Source: Candidatus Versatilivorator sp.
GTDB lineage: Bacteria; Acidobacteriota; Terriglobia; Versatilivoradales; Versatilivoraceae
Direction of reading: 5' to 3'
DNA: 64,000 nucleotides
Assembly: GCA_965207735.1 (NCBI GenBank)
Contig: OZ242296.1
Location: forward strand, 3,552,001 to 3,616,000
Below, piece by piece: positions 48,904 through 59,833 of this stretch. Under the pieces are notes generated by a model that was not told where the DNA came from, ran no database searches, and worked only from the letters and a program-made list of their open reading frames with translations. The position numbers and the translations under genes are program-made. Each line of letters starts with the position of its first letter. Position 1 is the first letter of the stretch.

Positions 48904-51714
48904 ATGGGTCTAGACAGCATTGTCGTCCGGGGAGCCCGGCAGCACAACCTGAAAAACATCACGGTTGAGATCCCCCGCCGCCGGCTGACGGTGATCACCG
49001 GCCTGAGTGGGTCCGGCAAGTCGAGTCTGGCCTTCGATACCATTTACGCCGAGGGTCAACGTCGCTACGTCGAGTCCCTGTCCGCCTATGCACGACAGTT
49101 CCTGGATCAGATGGAACGTCCCGACGTGGATTCCATCGAGGGCCTCAGCCCGGCCATCTCGATCGAGCAGAAGACCACCAGCCGCAGTCCGCGCTCAACT
49201 GTAGGCACCATCACCGAGGTCTACGACTATCTTCGTCTGCTCTATTCCTCCATCGGGGTCCCCCACTGCCACCGCTGCGACCGATTGATAGCCCGGCAGT
49301 CCATTCGGCAGATTCTGGAGCGGGTTCGAGAACTGCCCGCGGGCGAACGCATCATGGTGCTGGCTCCGGTGGTGCGCGGCCGCAAGGGAGAATACCGCCA
49401 GTTCCTGGAAGACCTGGCCCGCCAGGGATTTGTCCGTGCCCGGATCGATGGCCGGCTGAGGATGCTGGATGAGGAGATCCAACTGGAGAGGCACAAGAAC
49501 CATACGATTGAGGTTGTGGTCGACCGCCTTTTGATCAAACCCAGCATCGAGCGTCGGGTGGAGAGCGCGATTCAGACGGCCATGAAGTTGACCTCGGGCA
49601 TCGTGCTGATCGCGGTGGTGAACGGTCCGGAGCGACTCTATTCGGAGAGGCTGGCTTGCGTCGATTGCGGCATCTCCATCCCGGCGGTTGAGCCCAGGAC
49701 CTTCTCCTTCAACAGTCGTTACGGTGCCTGCCCGAGTTGTTCCGGTCTGGGCACCCGTATGGAGCTGGATCCGGCCAAGATTGTTCCGGACCCATCCAGG
49801 TCGCTGCTCAACGGGGGATTGGCCCCCTGGAGCAACAGATTGCCCGTGAGGCTGAGGCGATTTCTCAAGGGAATCGCCACCCATTTCAAGGTGGATATGA
49901 GCCTGCCCTACCAGAGCCTGCCGTCCAGGGTGCGTGCCGGCGTCTGGAATGGTGTGGGGGACTCGGCTGCTCTGGGCGCGGGAATTCTGCAGCAGCTCAA
50001 GGAGTGGGGCTACGACCAGGAGACCCAGCCGAAGCGGCTGGCGGCCTTTCTGACTCCCAGGCCCTGCTCCGCATGCGGGGGGCGGCGCTTGCGGCCCGAA
50101 AGCCTGGCTGTCAAGATTGCCGAACTGTCCATTGCGGACCTGACTGCTTTCCCCCTGGGGAGGACCCTGCAGGTGATAGGGAACCTCAAGCTGACCTCCC
50201 GGGAAGACCGCGTCGCCGGCCGGGTGGTTCAAGAGGTGGTCGACCGCATCGAGTTCCTGTGCGCTGTGGGTCTGAAGTATCTGAGTCTCGACCGTTCCGC
50301 CTCGACCCTCTCCGGAGGGGAAGCGCAGAGAATCCGGCTGGCCACCCAGATCGGGTCCAGGCTTCGGGGAGTGCTCTACGTGCTGGACGAGCCCTCCATC
50401 GGGCTGCACCACCGCGACAACCGGCGCCTGCTGGCCATGCTGCAGCAGCTCAGGGACCTGGGCAATACCGTGCTGGTGGTGGAGCATGACGAGGACACCA
50501 TCCGGCGGGCCGATTTCGTGGTTGATCTGGGCGCGGGAGCCGGCAAGGCCGGAGGCGATCTGATTGCCAAGGGTACTGCCGCGGAGATATCGCACAATCC
50601 CCGCTCCCTCACCGGGCGTTACATTTCAGGAGACCTGGCGATACCGGTTCCCCTCCAGCGGCGAAAGGGCGACGGCAAGGCCGTGATCGTCCGGGGAGCC
50701 CGCCAGAACAATCTGAAGGGAATCAACGTGCGGTTCCCGCTGGGCTTGCTTACGGTCGTCTCCGGAGTCTCCGGTTCCGGCAAGTCCTCTCTGGTCAATG
50801 ACATCCTCTACCGTGCCCTGGCCCAGCGGCTTTACGGCTCGCTGGCCGAGCCCGGCCGGCACCGGAGTATTTCCGGCGCTGCTTTGATCGACAAGGTCAT
50901 CGAGATCGACCAGCAACCCATCGGGCGGTCGCCCCGCTCGAACCCGGCCACCTATACCGGCCTGTTTACAGCCATCCGTGACCTCTACGCCTCGCTGCCG
51001 GAATCCCGTGAGCGTGGCTACAAACCGGGCCGATTCAGCTTCAACGTCAAGGGAGGCCGTTGCGAGGCTTGCCGGGGGGACGGGCTGAGACGCATCGAGA
51101 TGAGCTTTCTCCCCGATGTCTACGTCCAGTGCGACGTTTGCCGGAGCCGCCGCTACAATCGCGAGACCCTGACCGTCCGCTACAAGGGGCGCTCCATTGC
51201 CGATCTGCTGGAGAGTTCGGTGGACGAAGCACTCGAAATCCTGGCCAATGTCCCCTCGATCCGGATGAAGCTGCAGACGTTGAGCGACGTCGGACTGGGG
51301 TACGTCCAGCTGGGACAGTCGGCGACGACCCTGTCCGGCGGCGAGGCCCAGAGGATCAAGCTGGCTCGGGAGCTGAGTCGAAGGGCGACGGGCCGGACCC
51401 TCTACATCCTGGACGAACCCACCACCGGGCTGCATTTCGAGGACGTCAAGAGGCTCCTGGAGGTGCTCCACCGCTTGACCGATCTGGGCAACACCGTGAT
51501 CGTCATCGAGCACCAGATCGACGTCATCAAGACTGCTGACTGGGTCATCGACCTGGGTCCGGAGGGTGGCGAAGAGGGCGGACGGATCGTCGCCCAGGGG
51601 ACCCCGGAGGAGGTGGCCCAGGTTCCGGACTCCCATACGGGCCAGGCGCTGGCGCCGTTGCCGGGGCTGTCCGGGCTCAAGGCGGCCGAGCCGGCCGAGG
51701 CCTACTTGCATTAG
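48904..51714 (+). CDS. uvrA: excinuclease ABC subunit A
   Basis: [22 protein letters not shown], two [16 protein letters not shown], zinc fingers. Confidence 0.98.
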   Translation: MGLDSIVVRGARQHNLKNITVEIPRRRLTVITGLSGSGKSSLAFDTIYAEGQRRYVESLSAYARQFLDQMERPDVDSIEGLSPAISIEQKTTSRSPRSTVGTITEVYDYLRLLYSSIGVPHCHRCDRLIARQSIRQILERVRELPAGERIMVLAPVVRGRKGEYRQFLEDLARQGFVRARIDGRLRMLDEEIQLERHKNHTIEVVVDRLLIKPSIERRVESAIQTAMKLTSGIVLIAVVNGPERLYSERLACVDCGISIPAVEPRTFSFNSRYGACPSCSGLGTRMELDPAKIVPDPSRSLLNGGLAPWSNRLPVRLRRFLKGIATHFKVDMSLPYQSLPSRVRAGVWNGVGDSAALGAGILQQLKEWGYDQETQPKRLAAFLTPRPCSACGGRRLRPESLAVKIAELSIADLTAFPLGRTLQVIGNLKLTSREDRVAGRVVQEVVDRIEFLCAVGLKYLSLDRSASTLSGGEAQRIRLATQIGSRLRGVLYVLDEPSIGLHHRDNRRLLAMLQQLRDLGNTVLVVEHDEDTIRRADFVVDLGAGAGKAGGDLIAKGTAAEISHNPRSLTGRYISGDLAIPVPLQRRKGDGKAVIVRGARQNNLKGINVRFPLGLLTVVSGVSGSGKSSLVNDILYRALAQRLYGSLAEPGRHRSISGAALIDKVIEIDQQPIGRSPRSNPATYTGLFTAIRDLYASLPESRERGYKPGRFSFNVKGGRCEACRGDGLRRIEMSFLPDVYVQCDVCRSRRYNRETLTVRYKGRSIADLLESSVDEALEILANVPSIRMKLQTLSDVGLGYVQLGQSATTLSGGEAQRIKLARELSRRATGRTLYILDEPTTGLHFEDVKRLLEVLHRLTDLGNTVIVIEHQIDVIKTADWVIDLGPEGGEEGGRIVAQGTPEEVAQVPDSHTGQALAPLPGLSGLKAAEPAEAYLH

Positions 51715-51737
51715 AAGAGCGGGACCGTCCATCCAGC

Positions 51738-51802
51738 AAGGAAAAGAGTTATCCACGAAGGGCCATGAAGGACGACGAAGGGCCAAGAAGAAAGACAAGG
51801 GG
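51738..51802 (+). repeat. purine-rich ACGAAG repeat, copy 2
   Basis: AAAAGAGTTATCCACGAAGGGCCATGAAGGACGACGAAGGGCCAAGAAGAAAGACAAG. Confidence 0.7.
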
Positions 51803-51874
51803 ATTCCTCTATTGAGGGCGGTCAGGGGTGAATTACGGCGACCCGTCATTCGGTTTGGCGGCCTCCTCTTCTCC

Positions 51875-51903
51875 TTGACACCTCCTTGGTGGGGGAACAT
51901 AAT
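51875..51903 (+). promoter_or_regulatory. sigma70-type promoter for the NIPSNAP-LLM operon
   Basis: TTGACA-N17-CATAAT. Confidence 0.6.
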
Positions 51904-52036
51904 TCGCTGCCCTAAGGGGTGACCCTGATCAGCCTTCCCCTCAAGATTCGCGAGGGAGATGGGTCGCCGGTGCGGGCCGTGGCTCTGATCGATTAGTTCA
52001 GCCCCCCTTCCCTGTGGCCGCGAAAGGAATCCCAGG

Positions 52037-52348
52037 ATGATCTACGAACTCAGAATCTACCGCTTTCACCCGGGGCGCAAGCCCACCTTCCTGAGGTACT
52101 TCAAGGTGGCTCGCACTTTTATGGAGAAGTACGGCGTCACCTTTGTCACGGCCTGGGAAAACCTGGAACGCGAAGACGAGTTCATCTGGATGCGTTCCTT
52201 CTCCTCGGTGAAACAGCGGCAGAAGGCCATCGACGCCTATTACGGTAGTCCGGAGTGGCTCGAGATCGTGGGCAAGATACGACCCACCATCAGGCGGCGG
52301 GAAGTGCGCCTCATGAAAGCCCGCCCGGGATCCGGGTTGCCTCAATAA
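52037..52348 (+). CDS. NIPSNAP-family protein
   Basis: MIYELRIY...PG, F.W...F, YYGSPEW; 103 aa. Confidence 0.85.
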   Translation: MIYELRIYRFHPGRKPTFLRYFKVARTFMEKYGVTFVTAWENLEREDEFIWMRSFSSVKQRQKAIDAYYGSPEWLEIVGKIRPTIRRREVRLMKARPGSGLPQ

Positions 52349-52386
52349 CACCTGTCCGACACTGGACCCACAGGAGGTCACGCTCA

Positions 52387-53463
52387 ATGAAGCTGGGAAC
52401 TTTCATGATGCCGCTCCATCCTCCGGAGAAATCCCGGACCGAGTGCTTCGAGGAGGACGTGGAGTACGTTCTGCTGGCCGAAGCCCTGGGCTTCACCGAG
52501 GCCTGGATCGGCCAGCACCACACGCTGGCCTGGGAACCCATTCCCTCCAACGATCTTTTCATCGCCCATGTCCTGCCCATCACCAGCAAGATCCGGCTGG
52601 GGACCGGGGTTTCGATCATTCCCCAGCACCACCCCGCCAACATCGCCATCCGACTGTCGATGTTGGATCACCTCTCGAAGGGGCGCCTCAATTGCGGCTT
52701 CGGTCAGGGGGGCGTGCCCACCGACTGGGAACTGTTCGACCTGCCGGACCCCCAGACCCAGGGCCTGATGACTCTCGAGGGGATCGACATGATCCTGAAG
52801 CTCTGGCAAACGGAGGCACCCTTCGACTTTCAAGGGAAGTTTTGGCGCATCAGGATTCAGAGCCCGAGGCAGGAATTGGGAATCGGGACCATTCTGCAGC
52901 CCTACCAGAAGCCTCACCCTCCCATCGGCATGAGCATCGTGCGAGGAGACTCGCGGGCTGCCTTCATGGCCGGCCAGCGCGGCTATCTCCCCCTTAGCAC
53001 CAACCTGATTCCAGATACCACGGCTGCTCAGCACTGGCACCACTATTGCCGGGGCGCCGAGGAGGCCGGTCAGCCGCCTCCCAGCCGCGACCTCTGGAGG
53101 GTGTCCCGCAGCGTCTACGTGGGCGAATCCAGGGACGAAGCCTGGGATCACCTCATGACCGGCAATGTGGCCCGCTCATTCGAGTATCTCCTGGGGCTGT
53201 TGAAGTCAGCCAAGATGCTTCACCTGGCCAAGCACGATCCCGGGATACCCGACGAGGAGGTGACTCCCGAATATGCCGTGAAGCATCTCTGCATCATGGG
53301 CAACGTCAAGGAGTGCATTCGTCAGCTGGAGGAGGTCTGGGAGGTGACCGGAGGATTCGGGACCCTGTTGATGACCTCCAAGGATTGGGACGACAAGGAC
53401 AAGTGGCGCCGTTCCATGAAACTGTTGGCTGAGGAAGTGGTCCCGGCGCTACCCACCGTCTGA
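52387..53463 (+). CDS. LLM-class (luciferase-like) flavin-dependent oxidoreductase
   Basis: F.MPLHPP, LGFTEAWIGQHH, IRLGTGV, LDHLSKGR, PYQKPHPPI, LAEEVVP. Confidence 0.92.
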   Translation: MKLGTFMMPLHPPEKSRTECFEEDVEYVLLAEALGFTEAWIGQHHTLAWEPIPSNDLFIAHVLPITSKIRLGTGVSIIPQHHPANIAIRLSMLDHLSKGRLNCGFGQGGVPTDWELFDLPDPQTQGLMTLEGIDMILKLWQTEAPFDFQGKFWRIRIQSPRQELGIGTILQPYQKPHPPIGMSIVRGDSRAAFMAGQRGYLPLSTNLIPDTTAAQHWHHYCRGAEEAGQPPPSRDLWRVSRSVYVGESRDEAWDHLMTGNVARSFEYLLGLLKSAKMLHLAKHDPGIPDEEVTPEYAVKHLCIMGNVKECIRQLEEVWEVTGGFGTLLMTSKDWDDKDKWRRSMKLLAEEVVPALPTV

Positions 53464-53491
53464 GACAAGGAACCTTGTTCGCGCCCAGATC

Positions 53492-53563
53492 ACTCCCCCC
53501 TTGAGGGGGAGTCGGCAAGAGACAGGGGCGAGGCCCGCAGTCGAGCCGGAGGGGGGCAAACGC
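53492..53563. repeat. REP-like palindrome between convergent genes
   Basis: ACTCCCCC-CTTGA-GGGGGAGT hairpin followed by a GC-rich arm ending GGAGGGGGGC. Confidence 0.55.
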
Positions 53564-53608
53564 CCGTCTCGTTAGTGAACATAAGCGACCCGTTGAGAGA
53601 GGCGGACA

Positions 53609-54973
53609 CTACACCAGCCGCCGAAAACCCGACTGCTTGACGGGGCATTCCAGGTACTTGACCGGGTCGCCCTCCTCCACCGCCTTTCCCACCACGACCA
53701 GGGCCTCGCCAATCCTTTCCAGGGCTTGATCCAGGTCCGCCTGGGAGTGCTGCATGCAGAAAATGAAGCCCGGCCCGCCAATCACACCTCTCTTGGCGGT
53801 TTCCTGCAGGAAAAGGGTGGTCAGGGCGGCGCTTTGATCGCCGGGAACCCCCTCGAAGACCATGGCGGGAAAGGACGGCAGTCCAATCATCCGGAAGGAT
53901 AGCCCCAGCTCCCGGAAAATCCCGCTCAAGCCTTTCATGAAGCTGCGGCCGATGTCCTGGATGATCCCACTGACGTTTCGGGCGCGGTATTCCTGCAGGG
54001 TGGCCTTGCAGGCTGCCAGGCCGGTGGCTTCCGCCCAGTAGACGCTGCTGATGAAGGAGTCCAGAGCCACCTCCATGATCTCCCGTTTGCCCACCACTGC
54101 TCCCAGGGCAAAGCCGTTGGAAATGCACTTGGCGAAGGTGGCCATATCGGGGACGACCCCGAAAAACTCCTGGGCGCCGCCCAGAGCGGTGCGGAACCCC
54201 GTAACCACCTCATCGAAGATCAGAACCACTCCGTGGTCCCGGGTGAGCCGGCGCACTCCTTCCAGATAGCCGGGGTCGGGGGTGTAGGTGCGAGCCGCTT
54301 CCATGATCACGCAGGCCACCTCACCCCGGTTCTCCTCCAACAGCTTTCGCAACGAGTCCAGATTGTTGTATTCAAAAGCCAGGGTGGTGTCCAGCAGACC
54401 CTTGGGAACTCCCCGCGGGGCGATCCCGTGCATCAGGTGTTTTTCCAGAGCGGCACCCGGGGCCAGATTGGCCGACAGGTACCAGTCGTGCCAGCCGTGA
54501 TAGCCGCAAAAGGCCACCTTGTCCCTGCCGGTAGCTGCCCGGGCGATGCGGACGGCTACCATGTCCGACTCCCCGCCGCCCTTGCAGAAGCGCACCATTT
54601 CGGCGCAGGGAACGATCTCGGCCAACAATTCGGCGGCCTCGATCTCCAGGGGGTGGTTGACGGTCAACCCGGTGCCTCTGGCGGCCTGCTCCTGAACGGC
54701 CCGGACCACGCTGGGGAAGGCATGTCCCAGAAGGACCGAGCCGGCGCCGAGATTGAAGTCCAGGTACTCGTTGCCGTCCACGTCCCATAGTCGGCAGCCT
54801 TGCTGGCGGTGGCTGTAGACAGGCGATATCCCCTGGGCGTGAAGTTCGGCGCGCCTTCCGAACAGGTGGGTGCGACCGGCGATCAGTTGGTCGGCCCTGC
54901 GATAGAGCCGGGTGGATTCGGGGACTCGCGTCCCGAGGGTCAGGGCGCTGCGGCCCTGGGCTGCTGGATTCAT
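53609..54973 (-). CDS. class III PLP aminotransferase (glutamate-1-semialdehyde aminomutase-like)
   Basis: DVDGNEYLDF, LLGH, GYHGWHDW, LIFDEVVTGFR, FAKCISNG. Confidence 0.88.
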   Translation of the reverse strand: MNPAAQGRSALTLGTRVPESTRLYRRADQLIAGRTHLFGRRAELHAQGISPVYSHRQQGCRLWDVDGNEYLDFNLGAGSVLLGHAFPSVVRAVQEQAARGTGLTVNHPLEIEAAELLAEIVPCAEMVRFCKGGGESDMVAVRIARAATGRDKVAFCGYHGWHDWYLSANLAPGAALEKHLMHGIAPRGVPKGLLDTTLAFEYNNLDSLRKLLEENRGEVACVIMEAARTYTPDPGYLEGVRRLTRDHGVVLIFDEVVTGFRTALGGAQEFFGVVPDMATFAKCISNGFALGAVVGKREIMEVALDSFISSVYWAEATGLAACKATLQEYRARNVSGIIQDIGRSFMKGLSGIFRELGLSFRMIGLPSFPAMVFEGVPGDQSAALTTLFLQETAKRGVIGGPGFIFCMQHSQADLDQALERIGEALVVVGKAVEEGDPVKYLECPVKQSGFRRLV

Positions 54974-55392
54974 CGTTTCACCTCTTCCTCGATAATTTGG
55001 CCATTTTCACGCTTCCCCGGTGAAACAAACGGGCCAACGAATTCCGGCGAGCGGCAGACGGTCGGGCGAGTGCGGATGCCGTGCAGAGTCGCATTGCCGC
55101 CCTTGCTGTCGCCGTTGAGTGTCTTCACCCGCCCTGTGCCGTTCTTGATTCCGGGGCCAAAGATTATATAAATGTTCGTTACGTGATAGATTCTTATTTC
55201 TGGGCCTTGCGCCGAATGACTTAAGTGGGATCTTCCGGTGGCTGGTCCAGACAATAGAGTGGATGTGCCAAGCCGAGTTTCTCTTTGGGGCGCGCTCATG
55301 CGGCGGCCTCGCTTCCCGCGCTCGCCGCTAAGATGTCGCCTCCGGCGAGGAATGCGGCTGAACCGCGTCCGACGTGATTTCAGGGAAAGGTC

Positions 55393-55746
55393 TTGACAAT
55401 GCGCAGACTAAATCAGTTGCCGTGGAGCCCGGATTCCAATTTAGCCAGAAGGGCTTCCCATATATCCGAAAGAGATAGTGCCAACGCGTGTGATCCACGC
55501 GAGCTCAAGCGGTCACCCTCAAGACCGCGTCCGGCTTGGTGGGCGCTCCTCACCTTCTATTGGCTTCTATTCCCGCCGCCGACCTACGCCTACATCGACC
55601 CCGGGACCGGCAGCTACATTCTGCAGGTGGTGATCGCAGGCCTGTTGGGCGCATTGGTTTCTGTCAGGATCTATTGGGCAAGGATCAAGGCCTTCTTCAA
55701 GGGAAACCCGCCATCGGGTGGAAATGATCCGGGCAAGCATGAGTGA
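55393..55746 (+). CDS. small membrane protein with YIDPGTGS motif (true start probably further downstream)
   Basis: signal-like segment, then AYIDPGTGSYILQVVIAGLLG TM and basic tail; stop overlaps the next start. Confidence 0.7.
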   Translation: MTMRRLNQLPWSPDSNLARRASHISERDSANACDPRELKRSPSRPRPAWWALLTFYWLLFPPPTYAYIDPGTGSYILQVVIAGLLGALVSVRIYWARIKAFFKGNPPSGGNDPGKHE

Positions 55747-57130
55747 TTCGATCGAAGGCCTGCCTTCCTCCTTTCGCGATCCCAGCGGATTTCTGTTTCT
55801 CGACCAGGGTGTGCTCTACCGGCAGGTCAATCGCAGTTACCGCGAAGACTATGACCACTTCGTGGGCTCCGGTCTGTTCGATAGCCTGGTGGATGCGGGA
55901 CTTTTGGTCGCTCACCGGGAAGTCACGCCGCCGGGGCCGGAGCCGCAGGAACGCTACAAGACTCTCAGGCCGGAGCCGCTGCCCTTCATCTCCTATCCCT
56001 TCGAGTGGAGCTTCAGCCAGCTCCAGGATGCCGCCCTGACCACGCTGGCGATCCAAAAGCGAAGCCTGGAACATGGCATGTCCCTCAAGGACGGCACCGC
56101 CTACAATATCCAGTTCCGGGAGGGGAAACCCCTGTTTATCGATACCTTGTCCTTTGAAAGGTACTCGGAGGGCCGGCCCTGGACAGCCTATCGTCAATTC
56201 TGCCAGCATTTTCTGGCGCCTCTGGCGCTGGCTAGCTACTCCGATATTCGACTCGGCCAGTTGCTCCGGATTCACCTGGACGGGATTCCTTTGGACCTGG
56301 CCAGTCACCTGCTACCCTTTCACACCCGATTCCGGTTTTCCCTGCTGACCCACCTTCATCTTCACGCCAAGGCCCAGACGCACTTTGCCGACAAGCCCGT
56401 GCGCCAAGTCCACCGGTCCGTCAGCCGCAGGGCGCTGCAGGGCTTGATCGAGAACCTGGAATCCTGCGTGGCGGCGCTCAATTGGAACACGCCCCAACAG
56501 GAATGGGCTTCCTACTATGGGGAGACCAATTACACGAGTGCGGCCTTTCGGCACAAGGAGCAACTGGTGGGCGAGTATCTGGACCGAATCAACCCCAAAC
56601 CCGATATGGTTTGGGACCTGGGCGCCAACACGGGACTGTTCAGTCGTCTGGCCGCGAGCCGCGGGATGACCACTATCGCCTTCGATCAGGATCCCGCCTG
56701 CGTTGAGCGGAACTACCGGGTCTGCCGGCAGGAAAGGGATACCAACATCCTTCCCCTATGGGTCGACTTGACCAATCCCAGCCCCAACCTGGGATGGCAC
56801 GGGCGTGAACGAATGTCCCTGTTGGATCGAGGCTCCCCGGACGCGGTTCTGGCCCTGGCTCTGATTCACCACCTGGCCATAGCCAACAACCTGCCTCTAT
56901 CCCGGCTGGCTGGTTTTTTCGGCGAACTGTGCCGCACTCTGGTCATTGAGTTCGTCCCCAAGACGGACTCGCAGGTGCAAAGGCTGCTGGCTTCGAGGGA
57001 GGACATCTTTCCGAACTACACCCAGGAGGCCTTTGAGCAGGCTTTCGGACGTTATTTCGAAATCAGAGCGGTCAGCAAGATCAGACAAACGGAGAGGATG
57101 CTGTATCGAATGGAGAGAAAACGACTGTGA
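55739..57130 (+). CDS. NoeA-like class I SAM-dependent methyltransferase
   Basis: SFRDPSG, ISYPFEWSF.QL.DAA, LKDGTAYNIQF, W.AY.QFC..FL.PL; VWDLGANTG, LALIHHL, IEFVPK.D. Confidence 0.85.
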   Translation: MSDSIEGLPSSFRDPSGFLFLDQGVLYRQVNRSYREDYDHFVGSGLFDSLVDAGLLVAHREVTPPGPEPQERYKTLRPEPLPFISYPFEWSFSQLQDAALTTLAIQKRSLEHGMSLKDGTAYNIQFREGKPLFIDTLSFERYSEGRPWTAYRQFCQHFLAPLALASYSDIRLGQLLRIHLDGIPLDLASHLLPFHTRFRFSLLTHLHLHAKAQTHFADKPVRQVHRSVSRRALQGLIENLESCVAALNWNTPQQEWASYYGETNYTSAAFRHKEQLVGEYLDRINPKPDMVWDLGANTGLFSRLAASRGMTTIAFDQDPACVERNYRVCRQERDTNILPLWVDLTNPSPNLGWHGRERMSLLDRGSPDAVLALALIHHLAIANNLPLSRLAGFFGELCRTLVIEFVPKTDSQVQRLLASREDIFPNYTQEAFEQAFGRYFEIRAVSKIRQTERMLYRMERKRL

Positions 57131-57187
57131 AACTGCTGCTCATCCGGGGTGGGGACGAGCGAGCCATGTACGGCCACATGACACTGG

Positions 57188-59734
57188 TTACTTGTCCTTC
57201 ACATTCAGGCTGACTCTCACCATGGCCGCGGCCAATCTTCTGACATCCGATCCACCGCCGATGGATTTGGGGGAGATGGCGTCGGGCAGGTCGAATTCGA
57301 TCGTGATTCCCCTGGAGTCGACCAGTTCCTTTGGGATGGTCGCCTGCAACGTGTGAGTTTTTCTCTCGGTGACTGTCCATTCACCGACCTTGTTTCTGTT
57401 GGCTAAAACACGAATGGTTTGCTTGGGCACCCGCTCTTCTCGCAGGAAGGGCCGGAGCACTGCCTGGAGGACGAGATCATTTTCAGGAACGGGCACCGGA
57501 ATATGGAGGCCGGCGAGGTGTCCGCTGGTCCAGCGGAAATTGTCCTGGGCCGTCTTGCTCCACCCCCTACCCAAGAAGGCGTCAGCGTTACCATCCCTTC
57601 CGAATCGAATCTGTGTCCCGTACTGGTAGCCCGGCCAAGGATGCAGGCTGAGGGAACGCATCAAAATGGCCAATTTTCTGCCGTCGCCTCCGGCGCCAAT
57701 CGACCTGGGTGAAACCGCGTTGGGTAGATGGAATCGGATCTCCATCTCCGAAGAATTAACCAGTGCCTTTGGAATTACGGCCCGGAAATGGTGAGCCCTT
57801 TGTCGACTCGCAGACCAGAGATCGATCTTTGTGCCATTGGTAAGGACGTGAATTTGTTGTTCCGGGACCTCCGTTCTGATGTAAGGCCTGAGAGCAGCCT
57901 TCAAGAGGAGATCAGTCTCAGGTACAGCCAACTTGATCTTCAAGCTTGAGCTGTGGCCATTATTCCAGCAGCCGTGACTCATCGGCGAGCTCCACCCGAA
58001 ACCTAGAAAATCGTCTGCATTCCCCAACAGTCCGAAAGTGATGTCGGTACCGAATTCGTACTGGGGTCTCCTTCTCGATACTGCAACGGCCTCGCCACCG
58101 AGGCATGACGCCGGATCAAAAACGTTGCCTCTAATCAAATACTTGGTAACCTCCGGCTCTCCACTGGACGTGCGGTATGTTACGAAAGGACGACTTCTTG
58201 ACTCTCTCGGGGAGATTTCAAAAATAGGTCGGCCGGAAAACCTTCCATCTACTCCACTCGCTTTCATGATGGTCGTTGCAATGTCCAAGAGAGACGTTTG
58301 AGCCCTCGAAACCGTCAGGTCCCCCGACCTTCCTGGAAGCTTCATCGTTAGTAGTGCAGCAAGCCGGGGGACACAGGTATCGATCGTTTTCCCATCGATA
58401 ACCGGTGCAATCTGGCTGCCATGATCGCCTTGCAGAATAATGAGGGATGAATCGTAGAGGTTCAATTCCTTGAGTCGATTCAATAACTTCAGAAAAAGCT
58501 TCAGGATTGCCCGCGCTTCGTTCCGGTAGTTTTCTCTGGTATTGGGAAGGACACGGCCCGCATAACTTCCGTCAGCCCGGGTGACATAGGGAGGGTGTGG
58601 CGGTATGAGGTGGAGGAAGTGATAGGCCGGTTGGGGATCGCCCACAAAAATGCTCCCCGCGTAGTCATTGAAGAACGCCTTTTTCTGGAAGGAAGAGACA
58701 TTCCTGTGTCCGGCCACCAGCGGTGTGATCAACCAATTGTTGTCGTTGTAGATTCCATAGCGAGCCCAATGGGGAAGTTGCCGAAACAACGCCACATCCA
58801 TGAGGTGGGCGGCGTTGAGTTGAACCACTTCCTCCGGCGAACCCATGTAAACTCTTGGGATGCTGTAGTAGTTCGTGTACTTGCCTTCCCGCATGGACTC
58901 CAAGGGAACCAGGTTCACGTTATATCCTTCATCGTACAGACGGTTTTGAAATCCATTCCGGACCGATTCTCGGTAATAGCTTCCCGGAAGCTGTTTCCCA
59001 TCATAAATCTGACCGGAGAAGATGGCCGGAATCGAAAACGAAGTGTAGGGAGCAACCCCCATGTTGTCTTCGAACAGAACAAAGCCCTCCAGGTCATCTT
59101 CCAGTTGCTGCTCGACCACCAGTTCCCTGAAAACGTCGGTTTGAAAGCTGTCCAAAATAATGTGAACGATGTTCTTTGAAGAGGAATAGCCAAGCAACTC
59201 GGTTGGAACTCGGTGCTGGGCGGTGTACTCCTTCCACCACAGTCCTCCTTCGGAAGTGAGGCTTAGTGTCAACATCAAAACCGATTGGAGACCAATCAGC
59301 GTCCAGCTGGCATGTGAGGTGATGTTGATCAGGTAGCGTGAAAAACCCAGGCCGGCTGCCAAGACCAGGACCCATAGCGACGCATCCATCCAACCTCGCA
59401 GGCCAAACTGCGACCAATCGATTCCTCTTCCATCGAAGACTCCGTAGGTTCCCACCAGAAAGCTTCCTTGAACCCAGAGCAGTAGTCCGAGGCAAAAGAT
59501 TGTGCACACGAGTCCCTTTACGGCTCGGCTCGGAATCATGAAGCCGATCAGAAGGAATGCGGCAGTGAACAGAAGACTGGAAAGACCGTATATGGGGAGG
59601 AGGCTCCGATAGCCTACTTCGAACTCCTCGAGGTTCCCCCGGTATACGGAAAAAGTCCCGAAAACAAATAGATTGGCGGAAACCAATAGAGAGGGAGGCA
59701 GTACTTGTTTCAGCCTGTGCATTGGTCGGAGCAT
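57188..59734 (-). CDS. membrane-anchored sulfatase-like (LtaS-type) hydrolase/transferase with duplicated C-terminal domain
   Basis: 5 TM segments, HIILDSFQ, PYTSFS, HL.PPHPPY, QGDHG; two repeats beginning Y..GT.I.FG..GNAD.FLG.GWS. Confidence 0.82.
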   Translation of the reverse strand: MLRPMHRLKQVLPPSLLVSANLFVFGTFSVYRGNLEEFEVGYRSLLPIYGLSSLLFTAAFLLIGFMIPSRAVKGLVCTIFCLGLLLWVQGSFLVGTYGVFDGRGIDWSQFGLRGWMDASLWVLVLAAGLGFSRYLINITSHASWTLIGLQSVLMLTLSLTSEGGLWWKEYTAQHRVPTELLGYSSSKNIVHIILDSFQTDVFRELVVEQQLEDDLEGFVLFEDNMGVAPYTSFSIPAIFSGQIYDGKQLPGSYYRESVRNGFQNRLYDEGYNVNLVPLESMREGKYTNYYSIPRVYMGSPEEVVQLNAAHLMDVALFRQLPHWARYGIYNDNNWLITPLVAGHRNVSSFQKKAFFNDYAGSIFVGDPQPAYHFLHLIPPHPPYVTRADGSYAGRVLPNTRENYRNEARAILKLFLKLLNRLKELNLYDSSLIILQGDHGSQIAPVIDGKTIDTCVPRLAALLTMKLPGRSGDLTVSRAQTSLLDIATTIMKASGVDGRFSGRPIFEISPRESRSRPFVTYRTSSGEPEVTKYLIRGNVFDPASCLGGEAVAVSRRRPQYEFGTDITFGLLGNADDFLGFGWSSPMSHGCWNNGHSSSLKIKLAVPETDLLLKAALRPYIRTEVPEQQIHVLTNGTKIDLWSASRQRAHHFRAVIPKALVNSSEMEIRFHLPNAVSPRSIGAGGDGRKLAILMRSLSLHPWPGYQYGTQIRFGRDGNADAFLGRGWSKTAQDNFRWTSGHLAGLHIPVPVPENDLVLQAVLRPFLREERVPKQTIRVLANRNKVGEWTVTERKTHTLQATIPKELVDSRGITIEFDLPDAISPKSIGGGSDVRRLAAAMVRVSLNVKDK

Positions 59735-59833
59735 GATTCTGGGTCGGGGACGAGTTGTACGACTAATTTACTGTTGAGGGTTTCTTCAATTCGTGGGTGA
59801 CTCCTGAACACTGCTTGAAAAGAGAGACTGAAG

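Noticed and set aside
51749-51757. DnaA-box-like TTATCCACG (also near 62086)
   Set aside because: One mismatch, isolated, and here part of the ACGAAG repeat; no oriC context
55288-55372. Imperfect long hairpin upstream of the YIDPGTGS gene
   Set aside because: Many mismatches and a single copy; cannot be distinguished from GC-rich background
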